Source of the DNA: Phoronis australis
Lineage: Eukaryota > Animalia > Phoronida
Length of the DNA: 64,000 nucleotides
Assembly: GCA_002633005.1 (NCBI GenBank)
Contig: NMRA01000064.1
Coordinates: forward strand, 478,523-542,522
Direction of reading: 5' to 3'
Shown: piece by piece, positions 38,996-51,968 of the stretch
Numbering within the stretch: the first letter of the stretch is position 1
Layout: each line of letters starts with the position of its first letter
Made by a program: the position numbers and the translations under genes
The notes under the pieces: model-generated
What the model saw: only the letters and a program-made list of their open reading frames with translations
The model's database searches: none
What the model was told of the DNA's origin: nothing

Positions 38996-41900
38996 CTGCA
39001 TTTTTATAAAAGTAAAATTTGGAATACAAAAAAATTGCCTTTTAAGCATTCCGTTAATCATGAAATACTCCATCAACTACACTTAGTAACAAGAGCCTCA
39101 CAGAGTGTTTATATCCAAAGCGTGTGGCACAGATAAATTGATTGTTACTTTACACTGCCTGACTACTTACCCGGACCAAGTTCAGACACCAGTTCACCGA
39201 TGTGTTTCATCATTGGCCCATCTTCACAGGGAACTTTCTTGTGTAACTGGAATAAAACAGTTACATACAAATCAACTGTTTTCAAAAGATCCACTAAAAT
39301 AGGGACATTTTGTGGCTTACAGTTCTGTATTTTCCATAAAGAATTTTTCTAAATTCCTAACGTGAACTGTGGCGGCCATTTTGCAAGTTCTGCATCAGAA
39401 ATTGAAAACTTTAATTTTTAAATCAAATCATACAGCATTTCAAAATTCATACCATGAGGTCTATTATTTTGGACTTTATTTCATGTATGTACACCTGAAT
39501 GACGTTTTGGGTACCACAAAAACAGTGCTACATTCTGAATATTATGCTTTCTAGTTCAAAAATTCAGACTACCAAACAGAGGGGTGAAGCACTTCCAGCA
39601 TACATGCAGCAGCTTTTGCACAGGACGTTTCCCTAATAACATTTAGAGACATTACAAAAAGTTTACTGATCAATCAACGTCAAAATCTAAGCAAAATATT
39701 ATGGTGGTTGCCATGACATTCCTAGCTCTACATACCCATTATATAACCATTGTATACGCATTTCAAACGCTAAGTAACATATTGCACACACACCTCTAAA
39801 GCCTTCTGCAGGTAGTAGCGAGCGTTGCCTTTGTAATCGTCACCCTGGAGGTAGTTCAACCAACCAATCAGGTACCACGTCTGTACAACCTCGTCATTCT
39901 CATCCAACAAACCCTCCAACACCTCATTCGCCAACTGGAATAGATAAAACTCGGGTTATCTCATTAAGCTTAGCCAGGTTTGTTGACAAGTAACTTTCTA
40001 ATCAACAAAGGACACAAGGCTGAATTTACCTTGCAATCTTAATAGCCACTGACATAGCCACGGTGGGCACATGGGAGCCAAAGAAGTTATTCAGTGTGTG
40101 CATGACTTTGCATAGATAATTTGAATATTCTTCAACACAAAAGTATTACTCACAGTGCGCACGTGAGCGCCCGAGTCCGCGGATAAATGTGTGAACATGA
40201 GCACCTTAATGAACAACTTGTTCACGTCATTTTCCATTGGCTACTTAATCTGTTTCGATATTGTTATTACAAAATCAGAGAGTTCGTGGGCAAATGATGA
40301 GAAGTAAGGTCCAGTTACCTGAGGACAAGGAAAGTAGATTAAAATGTTTTCCTTCCTTAGAGACATTTTAAAAAAATGTATAAGTGACTTTTAAAATAAA
40401 TATGGACAGTTGATAAAAGATCATATTCAAATTAGGTCAGAAATAACTGAACATTACTCCACTGTTTTCAGTTTGTCAAATGGAGACTCAAACTCCTGTG
40501 CTGGATCTATTGAATATCACAAAAAAAAATCACCAAGCGATTTTGAGCAACTGGATGACACTTTAACCTAGGATAAATTTTTTGAAGTTTAAAAATTTGT
40601 AAAAAGATTAAGTATCCAGGAAATGTTTCTGTCATCTGGTTGGGGTGGACACTTTTTAAGCTGAAATGTTTGATTGTGGCTATTCATAGTCAATTCCTTC
40701 CACCCATCTTCCGGTGAACTTATTCGCCAGTTTTTAGCATAAGGAATTTCTTGGAATTTGATTACGGTGTGACGACACCGTCACATGACTGACACTAACT
40801 GGGCAGTTATCCATCTGAGTATGATACAACCAGACGTACCTCGAACTCTTCAAGTTCTATCAAAATCTGTGCAGTTGTTATCCTGGTATTGTATTCCATA
40901 GACACCACCTTACGGAAGACAACAGTAAGTTAGACATACACAATGACACACTGGTGAAATAGACATGTCCTAGACTTTGTTTTCGCTCTCACAGTGGTCT
41001 AAAATAAACTCACAAAATTAAAACGAATGTTTATCAACTTATTAACATAAATGTGTAGCAAAAAAGTGAATGGACACAATAATTTGCTCAATTTCACACT
41101 AAGTAATCTGTGATTTGAAAACCACGGAAATGCCAGAAAATTAGTACACAATTTTTATGCAGATCTTGAAATTATGGTTACCGTTGAAAACTGGAGAATA
41201 AATCCAGTTTTCAGTCAAGTAAAGAACATTGTTTTGAATAGTTTTATGTTTTGAGAATGTTTAAAGTCTTATATAGTAGACATTGGACTCAAGAAATCAA
41301 CATACCACCTGAGTGACTGAGGAGACTTCATACCACATACCTCTACAGGGTCAAATTTATCTTCCTCTATTTTTCCTTCAGCTGCAGCCTTGGCTTGGGG
41401 TAACCATAGCGACACACTCTTCTTTATAGCTTCTCTTGCACCCTTAAAATACAACATGCAAGTCGGCTGAATTACATGATGTCTTTACCACACCTAAATA
41501 GTCGTTTACTCAATCTTTGGCCAAATTTTCAATTATAACAACAAAACAAATGCAAAACATCCCATTCAATGATACAATCATCATCAGAACAATGTCAATA
41601 ATCAGAGAAAGTGACACGCAAAAATGATTCTACGATGATACTTTAGATGCCATGTTGATGACCATTTTTATATTAGGTTTTTGTAATTTATGCAATCTTT
41701 CTAAACTGAAGCATCTTGCCAACATTGTCTGAAACACAATCTCAACACTTGTGTCAAAAATTGATTGTCTCCAAAGAGAATGTGACTCAGTCTCAGGTAA
41801 GAATGTGAGGCAGAAGACCAGAAATTTCTATTCTATGGCAGTTAACTTTTCATAACCTTCCATAATCTTACAATATGTCTCCAAGATGAGCACATTGGCT

Positions 41901-44900
41901 CAAGGATGATCACCAAGGACTAGTCTGGCACCATGATTTGTAATACAATTAGTTTGCCAAGATTTACAGTTTTGCAAATGTTTTAGCAACGCAAGAAAAC
42001 ACGAATTAAACAGTCAAATGCAAGCATGGCAGACGACACTTGAAGCAGCCATGTTGTGCGATGTTGTGCCTTGTTGTGCGATGTTGTGCCTTGTTGTGCC
42101 ATGCTGCGTCACCACAAGAAACCAGCAAGACTGGCTGTTACCAGTAGTTTTGAACATTCACCAGCAGTGGTTAAAACGCTACACTGAATAGAACATTAAT
42201 GTGTGTGGGTTCTGTTGTTAACTGTTTGAATTAACCATGGAATCTCGAGGTGACACAGGCTAAAAGTCCAGTAGGAACTAAATATAAGCGTATCATTATT
42301 CAAGGTATGGTTTAATGAAGTTGATATCCTTGAAATCCCAGGGTAGCGTTTACGACAATCAAGTATCTAGTCTGGCATATTTGATACTGACCCAGATAGA
42401 AAGTATAGCAAAACTATTAATTGCTCTTCCAGTTCTTCACAGTTCACTCAATTGTGATTATCTGTGCAACACAAGAAGCGCTCTAAACAAAGGGAGATAA
42501 TTACCTCTTTATTTTCTTTTAACATCAGGAAACTAGCATGCAACTGATGTGCCTCAGGATTACCAGGGTCAGAAGTCAACGACAGCTCAATGTTGTTTTT
42601 ACATCTCTCTTCAGCTTCATCATCAAAACTAAAAACGACAACAAAACAAAAATGAGAATAAAAACCAGTGTTGTCCTATCAATCCTTTGAAGCAGCAATA
42701 AACATGTGTTCTGCCAAAGAAACTGAATTTCGATTCAGACCACTTATTGCTATAAAATTGATCTGTACATACTTTACACACAAAAAGACATTTTTATCTT
42801 GTAGGGAACAGACAGTCCGCTATTTCTCAAGACTTTGCTCAGCAAACAAAAAAAAAACTGTGCGACAAGTTACCTTCTAGAGCCTCGTCTCAAGGAACAA
42901 AATAAAACTGTGTGATAATGTTACTTTGTAGAGCCTCATCTCAAGAAATAACTGTCTCTTCTTTCAGGCCCAGCACTTATCTTGACTAAGAAACAATTTG
43001 AGATCAATTTTGTAACGGTAAGTGGTCTAAATCGAAAAATGTCTGTGACGGAAGGCAGACCCATGTACCACGAAAACAGACTTAGCTAAGACAAAGACAA
43101 ATCTTATATTTCAATTGATTTCAATTGTGTGGCAAACTTTGATCAGCTACATTCAGGCATTTTGATTTTTGTCGATATGAACACAGATTTCTCTTTAGCA
43201 GTCAATGAAATTGTGCACTTATTTTGCGGGAGGGAACAACATGTTATATTATTTTCGTTTCCTTTAAACAACGGATATATTGGGCATCTGGAATAACTTG
43301 GTACGTATTTTTTAAATGTATTTCAATGTCTGGTCTCAGTTGTTTGAGGGAAAATTAAAATCTATGACAGTAACAGTATAATGTTCAAACATGAAGTTGG
43401 TTTAGGTTTTTAGAAATACATACTCATAGCAAACAATGATAATTTCCCCAAAATGGCGGTTCTCATGATTGTTATCACTTCTGTGATGTCTTTTAAGACA
43501 AAGGCCTGAATTCAGATTTTTCACTTACCGAGAATTTATAAAACAAATATTTTGCTTGGAATCATTTATTGAAGCTTCAGCTTTTCTGATGACCAAATTA
43601 TTTGTAATGACTAACCTACGAAAGAACATTTCTTCCACTGGAAACTGATGCAGTATGTTAATACGATTGGAAAAGTATACAACAAACCACTTGTATGTTT
43701 GCAAGGTTAAGAATATTCAGGTTCAACAAGAAATTACTAACTTGGTGATTTTTGTAAGAGAAACTGAAGTTTCTTACCAGCAATCTGTCATGTAAAGTTC
43801 TGCTGCTGATAGGTAGGCAGACGATATGTCTCGTGGTGTGACATCATCAGGACATGGTGCTGAAGCTGAGCTCTGTGAAATAAAAAAGGCAACCTTATTG
43901 ACAAAACAAATTCAAAACTCACCGGAAATTTTTATTTTATGTAGTACTACATCACTTGGGAGGTCCAAGATATAGACTTTTACAGATGAAGTGAACATTT
44001 CCTTAAAACAAGAAACAAGAGCAAAGCAAAGCGTTGAAATGCACCCACGAAATGCACCGCAAACGGTGTGCTTCTTGTTTATTTGTATCATAAAAACGAC
44101 CACTAGACGGTGCAAAACGCCCAATCCATCTGCAAATGGAACACGCCATTGTTTCTTCAATTAAGAAAGCTATTTACTAAAATTTCATAAAAATCTGACA
44201 AAGAAGTTCAGAGAATCAAAATTAAACAGAAAAAATGAAACTGTCACTAGGGGGCACAGCGTCCGCCTGAAAGTTGTAATCTATTGTTAGCTTCCTAAAA
44301 ATACACTTACTGAATTTAATAAAGATTCGGCAGTGGGTTTAGGAGATACAGCTATGGGCGCAAAAAAACAAAACCACCACTAGGAGGAGCCACAGTAGTT
44401 GATGTCGTCATCCTCAACAGTCCTCTTCACACTGAACATATACTCCAATTTTCAAAATCATTCATAGAATCGTTTGGTAGACTCGAAAACAGTAAAAATG
44501 GACATTAGGTGGCGCAAAATACCTCGAATCTATCTGAAAATGACAGGATAACGTCACTTCTCCAATAGATGCCTATATTTCAAACTTTATGGAACTCCGT
44601 TGAGGACCTTTGAATATACAGAGATAAACGTAAAAAACTAAAATTGCCACTAGGGGGCACACTGGTGAAAAAATTTGTGCGAAAGTCATCGTCGTCGTCC
44701 GTTGTCAACATCATATAAATGCACTAATATCTAGTTCTGTGCTAATATGTATAAAGCGGAGATTTGGTTTCTATTAATGTGCGACTTATTTGACTTCAGC
44801 AGTTAACGTGGGCAAATNNNNNNNNNNNNNNNNNNNNNNNNNNNNNNNNNNNNNNNNNNNNNNNNNNNNNNNNNNNNNNNNNNNNNNNNNNNNNNNNNNN

Positions 44901-47900
44901 NNNNNNNNNNNNNNNNNNNNNNNNNNNNNNNNNNNNNNNNNNNNNNNNNNNNNNNNNNNNNNNNNNNNNNNNNNNNNNNNNNNNNNNNNNNNNNNNNNNN
45001 NNNACTAAAAACGACAACAAAACAAAAATCAGAATAAAAACCAGTGTTGTCCTATCAATCTTTTGAAGTATCAATCTTTTGAAGCAGCAATAAACACGTG
45101 TTCTGTCAAAGAAACTGAATTTCGATTCAGACCACTTATTGCTATAAAATTGATCTGTACTTACTTTACACACAAAAAGACATTTTGATCTTGTAGGGAA
45201 CAGACAGTCCCCTATTTCTCAAGACTTTGCTCAGCAAACAAAAAAAAAACTGTGTGACAAGTAACCTTCTAGAGCCTCGTCTCAAGGAACAAAATAAAAC
45301 TGTGTGATAAAGTCACCTTGTAGAGCCTCATCTCAAGAAATAACTAAATAACTGTCTCTTCTTATCAAGTCCAGCACTCACATATTTTAACTAAGAAACA
45401 ATTTGAGATCAATTTCGTAACGGTAAGTGGTCTAAATTGAAAAATGTCTGTGACGGAAGGCAGACACATGTAACAAGGAAACTGACTTAGCTAAGACAAA
45501 TCTTAAATTTCAGTTGATTTCAATCGTGTGGCAAACTTTGATCAGCTACATTCGGGCATTTTGATTTTTGTCAATATGAACACAGATTTCTCTTTAGCAA
45601 TCGATGAAATTGTGCACTTATTTTGCGGGAGGGAACAACATCTCAGATTTTTTTTGGTTTCCTTTAAATAATGAATATATTGGGCATCTGGAATAACTTG
45701 GTACATATTTTTTAAATGGATTTCAATGTCTGGTCTCAGTTGTTTGAGGAAAATAAAAAATCTACGACAGTAACAGTATAATGTTCAAACATGAAGTTGG
45801 TTTAGGTTTTTAGAAATACATACTCATAGCAAACTATGATAATTTCCCCAAAATGGCAGTTCTCATGATTGTAATCACTTCTGTGATGTCTTTTAAGACA
45901 AAGGCCTGAATTCAGATTTTTCACTTACCGAGAATTTAGAAAACAAATATTTTGCTTGGAATCATTTATTGAAGCTTCAGCTATTTTGATGACCAAATTA
46001 TTTGTAGTGACTAATCTATGAAGGAACATTTCTTCCACTGGAAACTGATGCTGTTTGTTAATACGATTGGAAAAGTATACAACAAACCACTTGTATGTTT
46101 GCAAGGTTAAGAATATTCAGGTTCAACAAGAAATTCTAATCACTGAGTTACTAACTTGGTGATTTTTGTAAGAGAAACTGAAGTTTCTTACCAGCAATCT
46201 GTCATGTAAAGTTCTGCTGCTGATAGGTAAGCAGACGATATGTCTCGTGGTGTGACATCATCAGGACATGGTGCTGAAGCCAAGCTCTGTGAAATAAACA
46301 AGGCAACCTTATTGACAATACAAATTCAAAACTCACCGGAAATTTTTATTTTATGTAGTACTACATCACTTGGGAGGTCCAAGATATAGACTTTTACAGA
46401 TGAAGCATTTCCTTAAATCAAGAAACAAGAGCAACGCAGAGCGTTGAAATGCACCCACGAAATGCACCGCAAACGGGTGTGCTTCTTGTTTATTTGTATC
46501 ATAAAAACGACCACTAGAGGGTGCAAAACACCCAATCCATCTGCAAATGGAACACGCCATTGTTTCTTCAATTAAGAAAGCTATTTACTAAAATTTCATA
46601 AAAATCTGACAAAGAAGTTCAGAGAATCAAAATTAAACAGAAAAAAATGAAACTGTCACTAGGGGGCACAGCGTCCGCCTGAAAGTTGTAATCTATTGTT
46701 AGCTTCCTAAAAATACACTTACTGAATTTAATAAAGATTCGGCAGTGGGTTTAGGAGATACAGCTATGGGCGCAAAAAAACAAAACCACCACTAGGAGGA
46801 GCCACAGTAGTTGATGTCGTCATCCTCAACAGTCCTCTTCACACTGAACATATACTCCAATTTTCAAAATCATTCATAGAATCGTTTGGTAGACTCGAAA
46901 ACAGTAAAAATGGACATTAGGTGGCGCAAAATACCTCGAATCTATCTGAAAATGACAGGATAACGTCACTTCTCCAATAGATGCCTATATTTCAAACTTT
47001 ATGGAACTCCGTTGAGGACCTTTGAATATACAGAGATAAACGTAAAAAACTAAAATTGCCACTAGGGGGCACACTGGTGAAAAAATCTGTGCGAAAGTCA
47101 TCGTCGTCGTCCGTTGTCAACATCATATAAATGCACTAATATCTAGTTCTGTGCTAATATGTATAAAGCGGAGATTTGGTTTCTATTAATGTGCGACTTA
47201 TTTGACTTCAGCAGTTAACGTGGGCAAATCCAAACTAGTAAACGCCACCAGTTGAAGCAGAACGTGCAGAACACCGAAAAGCTTAACTTATCAATCATGC
47301 GACTCACCTGTTGAGAGTGAAGTTTCGCCGTCATCAACTCGATGCCCTTCTGGAAGTATTCAGCTGCTTGTGCCCCAGCACACAGCTGGCCGAGGTACAT
47401 GTACTTTGTGTGACCGTCCTCAGGACTCAGTTCAACCATACGATTGAAACACTTGAAGCACAAGTGAAGGAATCTGCTCCAACGTTTTCATTAAAACCAA
47501 GCTGACATTGAAACAGTGATAAAGCATAGGTGGGGAAGATCACTATGGGTGGCACCATAAGCACAGCGCCAACTGGGTGAGAATGGTGAGAAATTGGTGG
47601 GGATTATTGTCTTCCATCCCAAGAGACAACAATCCCAGGTATGCTACAGTATTAAAAGTAATGAACACGCGTCTAACACATTAATTTTCAACTTGCTTTG
47701 AAATGACCTGACACAAAAATTCATGTTTTTTCTGTAAACAATAGTTAGCAGGCTGCCTTCTATGAGCAGGCGACTCATTTGATTTACTAGAATTTCTGAT
47801 TAATTGATCAAAGATTAGATGTTTGAATATCTACAGCAGCAAACGTTCTATGGAAAATATATGTAAGGGACCCTACTGATTTCTGGGAAAATTGGCATGC

Positions 47901-50900
47901 AACAGGCTTTGCTATTATGAAAATAATTGGGGTTTCATCGGTGTGACGTTATTTATGACATCATGACCTTTGCACAATAAGAATTTTACCATATTCCAAT
48001 TTAGAGCAACACATTTAGTTTGTGTGAGACGTTATGACTGACCAGTAATAATATACGAGACTTTCCACGATTTTGATTGGACCAATCACACCATGTTGGT
48101 ATTTGATGGAACACTGACCCTTTTGAAATCATTCACTTTTCCCTGCCTAAAGTCAGGAAAAGTTCAAACTTATCAAAAAGTTAGCTGGAAGTGACAGGTT
48201 GTCATTTCGTGCCAAAAAGCAATATGATAGTTAGCCGACTGGAAACAGGATGGTTCCGTGTTACACCACAGTTACTTGAACACAGTGACTTTCAGACTAT
48301 CAGTCACTAAGACTTGTATAATGGATACATGCTTAGCGGCTTCTGCATCCCCAAACTCTAGACACAGACTTCCAGTGGCCTCCAATGCTTGCAAATTATC
48401 AGGGTCCACTTCCAGTGCCCTCTGTAGAAACTTCTGAGCAACGTCGTAGTTGAACACGTCTATGTTTTCTTCCGCCTATAAATAGAAGATTGTTAATAAC
48501 ATGCCTTACATATAATACCCAAACTTGGCACTGGCAGTGCTTATGAACTCCACTCTTAACAGTTTGACAGAGACAGTTTTCCAAGCGATAGTAAACTGGT
48601 CGTATAGGATTAAATCCTCCTGTTGGACACACACAAACGTGTTCATGTTGTAGTTGGAGGTACAAGACCTAATACTCGACCCAACAGGAAGTACCACTGT
48701 TGTAAACCTATAAGCCTTGAGCATTTCACTCAAATGTATGGTAATGTTACTCCCTCGGCAGACACCAGGAGGCGCCATCAGTACCACGAGATTAGTGCCA
48801 TTGCTTCATTATTGTCGGGATATTGTTGTAAAATGACTTAGGAATACTTTGAAGTGGATGATGAACACCATCAGACATACTGTGTCCAGAGTCTTCATCC
48901 TTTCCTAATCATAAATTAGTCAGTTTGACTGTAAAACTTACTTTGTCTAATAGATCCTTGATAGAATAATTCTCAGAAGTTTTACTAGCAGCAGCATTCT
49001 CTTTGATGGACTTTTTGACTGAAACAAAACAGAGAATCTTAATAAGATAACCTTGATACAAAAGTTTTAAAAATTGCTTATTGTAACCATGCTCTTTAAT
49101 ACTCGAAATCAAACTTACAAAAATCAATTTTGACAATTTCTTTCTGTTTTAGTAGCAAGTCAAGATAAGTGTCCATTATTCTGCACACGAGTACATTATG
49201 CTTCATGTGGATAACTGTCTACTCCTAGCTGGCACTTGACGATACTGCCATAAAGCTGTAAGTTTGAGTCTGAACTCAAAATCTCAACTTTTTACTTGAA
49301 ACCATGGGTTTTTACTAGAGTTTGTGACATGAATCTGTATAAACAATAATATGCTCGAGCACCGAATAACAAACACTTATCTTGATTTCATGTTAAAGTA
49401 AAATGGAACATCTTAAATTAGTATTTTACTTTGAAGATTAGACCGAGGGCCCTGATGCATACTTCAACAGAATCACTGAGCACTAAAAAATGTCAGTCAA
49501 TTATTTAATTTCAAAACAGATAAAAACTAGTTTCTTTTACGCACACATGCACATTCAGTAGTAACCTGTGAGTTATTCAGTCAGTAATACGTATCCATAG
49601 TCATGTTGAGTGGGATAGCTTTGAACGCTGAGTCCCCTTTACCTGCACTTGAGGTCACTTCAGCCAAAACAAAACATTTTGTCCTAACTGATTCAATACT
49701 CTACCAAAGAGTAGTTACTGTAAATAGGTCTACAACTGTGTTTGGTGACACCAGGTCAGAGAGTACTGGAGAGCAAAAACCAAAGATTGCCTACAAATCA
49801 ATGATCCATGTGCCATTTCAATAGCTGGCTACAGGTTTGATTACACAATATGATAGTGAAAACAGCCAAGAGATGTGACGCATGAAAGAAAAGTGGACCC
49901 AGGACAGTAGTGATATTTGACTCAGTATTTTGAACTATGTTAGTGAGTTAGTTAATATTACAATGTGGGCCATGATAACAAGTTAACCATCCATCCTCCC
50001 TTGAGTGGTCACAGCCAAAAGCATTGTATTAATTACAAGGTAAAGGTGGTAATACATATATAGATTATTACATGGCGAAGTCGTTATCTTCAGTTATCTA
50101 GAGCCCGTGTGGATTTTGGAGAATTATAATTCTACAAAATCCACGAGGGCTCTAGATAAGGGGGATAACGACTGAGAACATGTAATAATCTATTTATACT
50201 AAACGAGAAACATTGCAATGAATCGATCTACCTTTCTCGACTCGTCTCGGCTTTGTAACTACTTTCTATGTCATAGGCCCGGGGTCGGAGGTTGTGACCT
50301 TTTAAGAAAAGCCGAGCTATTTTTGTCAAATAATGCGTATACTCGAAACCAATTGAAAATTCAAACAAAATAGAAATGAAGTGAATCTGTAAATTAAAGT
50401 TTAGCAACAATTATAGTTACTACACATTTTATCTCGCCAAGCTTCGACCGGGAAAATACCGTCTGCTAAAGTAGGTTACCACTAGTAACTGACTATAATG
50501 CTCAAGTCAAAGGATCCTAACGACACAATACCCGCATTCAAATTGGAGATCGGTGATTTACAAGTGAGAGAACACGAGAGAAAAATTTCACTGAATTAAA
50601 ATATCGTTTTTATGGAAATTATGCGTCTTGTTTTTCATAGCGTATAAATGTTGGTGCAATGCCCTTTGCTGAACATGTGATTGTTGCGTGTGCTCATTTA
50701 AGTATTCTATTTTCACTCTTGATGACGTCAGCCACTGAGTGGTGTAGTGGTAAAGTCGACAACTCGAAACTCTTGAGGCCCGGGTTCGAGTCCCACCTCG
50801 GTTTCCTGCCAAATTGTTATCTCACTAGTGAGATAACTTTATGAGTTATTACATGGTTGTATCTGCCATTCGAGGCTAATATTGTGGTATAAAAATGTGT

Positions 50901-51020
50901 ATCCAATATATCAACCAGTTCAAACTATTCTAGAATGCACAGTCATTTTTTTAATACGCAGTACTCACCTAAGGCTCTTTTAGCCTTGCGTTTGTCTTTG
51001 GACTTTGCAGAACGCCCCAT
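38904..51020 (-). CDS. ACL4: ACL4-like TPR protein (probable assembly chaperone of ribosomal protein L4), ~372 aa, complete
   Basis: Exons (minus) 51020-50969, 49018-48942, 48475-48329, 47451-47308, 46286-46192 (duplicate 43872-43778), 42628-42505, 41442-41341, 40908-40840, 39934-39794, 39246-39171, 38995-38904. Phases are all consistent (1119 nt). Acl4 family motifs KYMYLGQL, AELYMTDCC, AEERC, SLW and ENDEVVQTWYLIGW, with a basic N-terminus and acidic C-tail. Confidence 0.88.
39171..39246 (-). CDS. ACL4: ACL4-like exon 10
   Basis: LHKKVPCEDGPMMKHIGELVSELGP(G). Confidence 0.85.
39794..39934 (-). CDS. ACL4: ACL4-like exon 9
   Basis: LANEVLEGLLDENDEVVQTWYLIGWLNYLQGDDYKGNARYYLQKALE. Confidence 0.9.
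40840..40908 (-). CDS. ACL4: ACL4-like exon 8
   Basis: VVSMEYNTRITTAQILIELEEFE. Confidence 0.85.
41341..41442 (-). CDS. ACL4: ACL4-like exon 7
   Basis: GAREAIKKSVSLWLPQAKAAAEGKIEEDKFDPVE; donor GAG|GTATGT. Confidence 0.85.
42505..42628 (-). CDS. ACL4: ACL4-like exon 6
   Basis: FDDEAEERCKNNIELSLTSDPGNPEAHQLHASFLMLKENKE. Confidence 0.9.
43778..43872 (-). CDS. ACL4: ACL4-like exon 5, copy/allele 2
   Basis: SSASAPCPDDVTPRDISSAYLSAAELYMTDC; lies within the duplicated segment. Confidence 0.7.
44014..44725 (-). mobile_element. 5'-truncated HINE (Helentron/DINE-1-like) copy
   Basis: Reverse complement of the 3' half of the element at 58787-60105. Confidence 0.75.
46192..46286 (-). CDS. ACL4: ACL4-like exon 5, copy/allele 1
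   Basis: SLASAPCPDDVTPRDISSAYLSAAELYMTDC; phase 0->2. Confidence 0.7.
46424..47137 (-). mobile_element. 5'-truncated HINE copy (duplicate of 44014-44725)
   Basis: AACAAGAGCAACGCAGAGCGTTGAAATGCACCCAC end matches the reverse complement of 60071-60105. Confidence 0.75.
47308..47451 (-). CDS. ACL4: ACL4-like exon 4
   Basis: CFNRMVELSPEDGHTKYMYLGQLCAGAQAAEYFQKGIELMTAKLHSQQ. Confidence 0.9.
47452..48328 (-). other. Probable U12-type (minor spliceosome) GT-AG intron
   Basis: Donor GTATCCAT (consensus RTATCCTT); branch-point-like TTCCTTCAC (47464-47472) with its A 14 nt from the acceptor end; no real polypyrimidine tract. Confidence 0.75.
48329..48475 (-). CDS. ACL4: ACL4-like exon 3 (TPR)
   Basis: AEENIDVFNYDVAQKFLQRALEVDPDNLQALEATGSLCLEFGDAEAAKH. 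Confidence 0.9.
48942..49018 (-). CDS. ACL4: ACL4-like exon 2
   Basis: (V)KKSIKENAAASKTSENYSIKDLLDK; phase 1->0. Confidence 0.85.
50060..50893. mobile_element. Palindrome-headed interspersed element (Crypton-like non-autonomous architecture) in an ACL4 intron
   Basis: 134-bp imperfect palindrome at 50060-50193, perfect 22-bp palindrome at 50816-50837, TTATTACATGG repeated near both ends, and a TTTATAC/GTATAAA inverted pair. The family assignment is inference. Confidence 0.5.
50734..50802 (+). pseudogene. tRNA-like sequence (SINE head or tRNA pseudogene)
   Basis: A-box TGGTGTAGTGG, B-box GGTTCGAGTCC and a 6-bp acceptor-like stem ACTGAG/CTCGGT, but the anticodon stem does not pair. Confidence 0.6.
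50969..51020 (-). CDS. ACL4: ACL4-like first coding exon
   Basis: MGRSAKSKDKRKAKRAL; acceptor at 51039-51040 and an upstream donor GTGAG at 51250 imply a non-coding first exon from 51251 upward. Confidence 0.8.
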
Positions 51021-51968
51021 GACGAACTAAGCTGTCACCTGTCATAAAGACAAAGACATGGAGGTTATTCAACTTCTATTTTTGATAACTGATACATTAA
51101 TTGGACAGATTATGAAGGCATAATGTCGCCAACGGTCAATATTTAGGAGTCAATATTTTTTCATATTGACTGCTTATATATTGACTGCTACTATGGTAAC
51201 ACAAGTGTAATTCCCTTTAAATACTTTTCATGAACTAATGCCGACCTCACCTAGAAAAATTTCTCCAAAATGTTTTGGGTTAAAAATGGTAGCTGCCCAA
51301 ACATAGCCTCCTCCTATGAATTACTAGTGGATGAAACAAAACAAACACTGACTTTCACATTCCGTCAATATATTGGTTTTCACCAATTTTAATGTTAGTT
51401 TTCACCAATTTTAATGTTAGTTTTGCTGATTCAATACTTGAAAGCTGTTCGGCATAATTTGGCTAACACACAAATAGGGTGGGAAACATAATTTTCAGAA
51501 TCAATAGATCGGAAACCTCGATTCGAGGCTCGATTCTAAATCAGTTTTGCGTGACATCACTGAGTGAGACACTTAAAAGATTATATTGGGTGATTACAGA
51601 TAATTATAGGGCTGGGGGAACACTGGAGCGGGTGAACATCAGGACAGGGGAACAAAGTGAAAGGGGAACATCAGTTGAGGAGCATAAAGGAACGTGGGAA
51701 TATAACAGTGTGGAATATAGTCATTAGTGACAATCGTTTCAGTGATTTCAGCATTTCGCCATTTTGTTGTGACACGTGACTTCTGGGTGTGACATACAGC
51801 CAGATAAAGCCCCTTTAAATCGCTTGCGAACTGTTTAGACGCTCAGCTTTCATCCGTGCAACCTTGGGGGAGGCTGGGTTCATTAGTCTCGAATTCATCA
51901 AAATTTTCTGGCTGGAAGGGGGCTATAGTCCCCCCCCCCCAATTTTTTCAGTCCTGCGCTGCTCATGG

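Larger units (their letters stand above)
42628..47228. repeat. ~2.2-kb direct duplication (42628-44817 vs 45004-47228) flanking an N gap; probably an uncollapsed haplotype
   Basis: High identity with scattered SNPs and indels; the copies abut the gap at 44818-45003; it duplicates ACL4 exon 5. Confidence 0.85.

Noticed and set aside
38708-39136. 142-aa plus-strand ORF
   Set aside because: Antisense to the acidic last exon and 3'UTR of ACL4.
43778-46286. Two copies of ACL4 exon 5 as mutually exclusive exons
   Set aside because: The flanking introns are also nearly identical and the copies flank an assembly gap, so alleles are the simpler explanation.
50734-50802. Functional tRNA gene (possible CGA anticodon)
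   Set aside because: The anticodon stem does not pair, the D arm is weak and there is no immediate oligo-T terminator.
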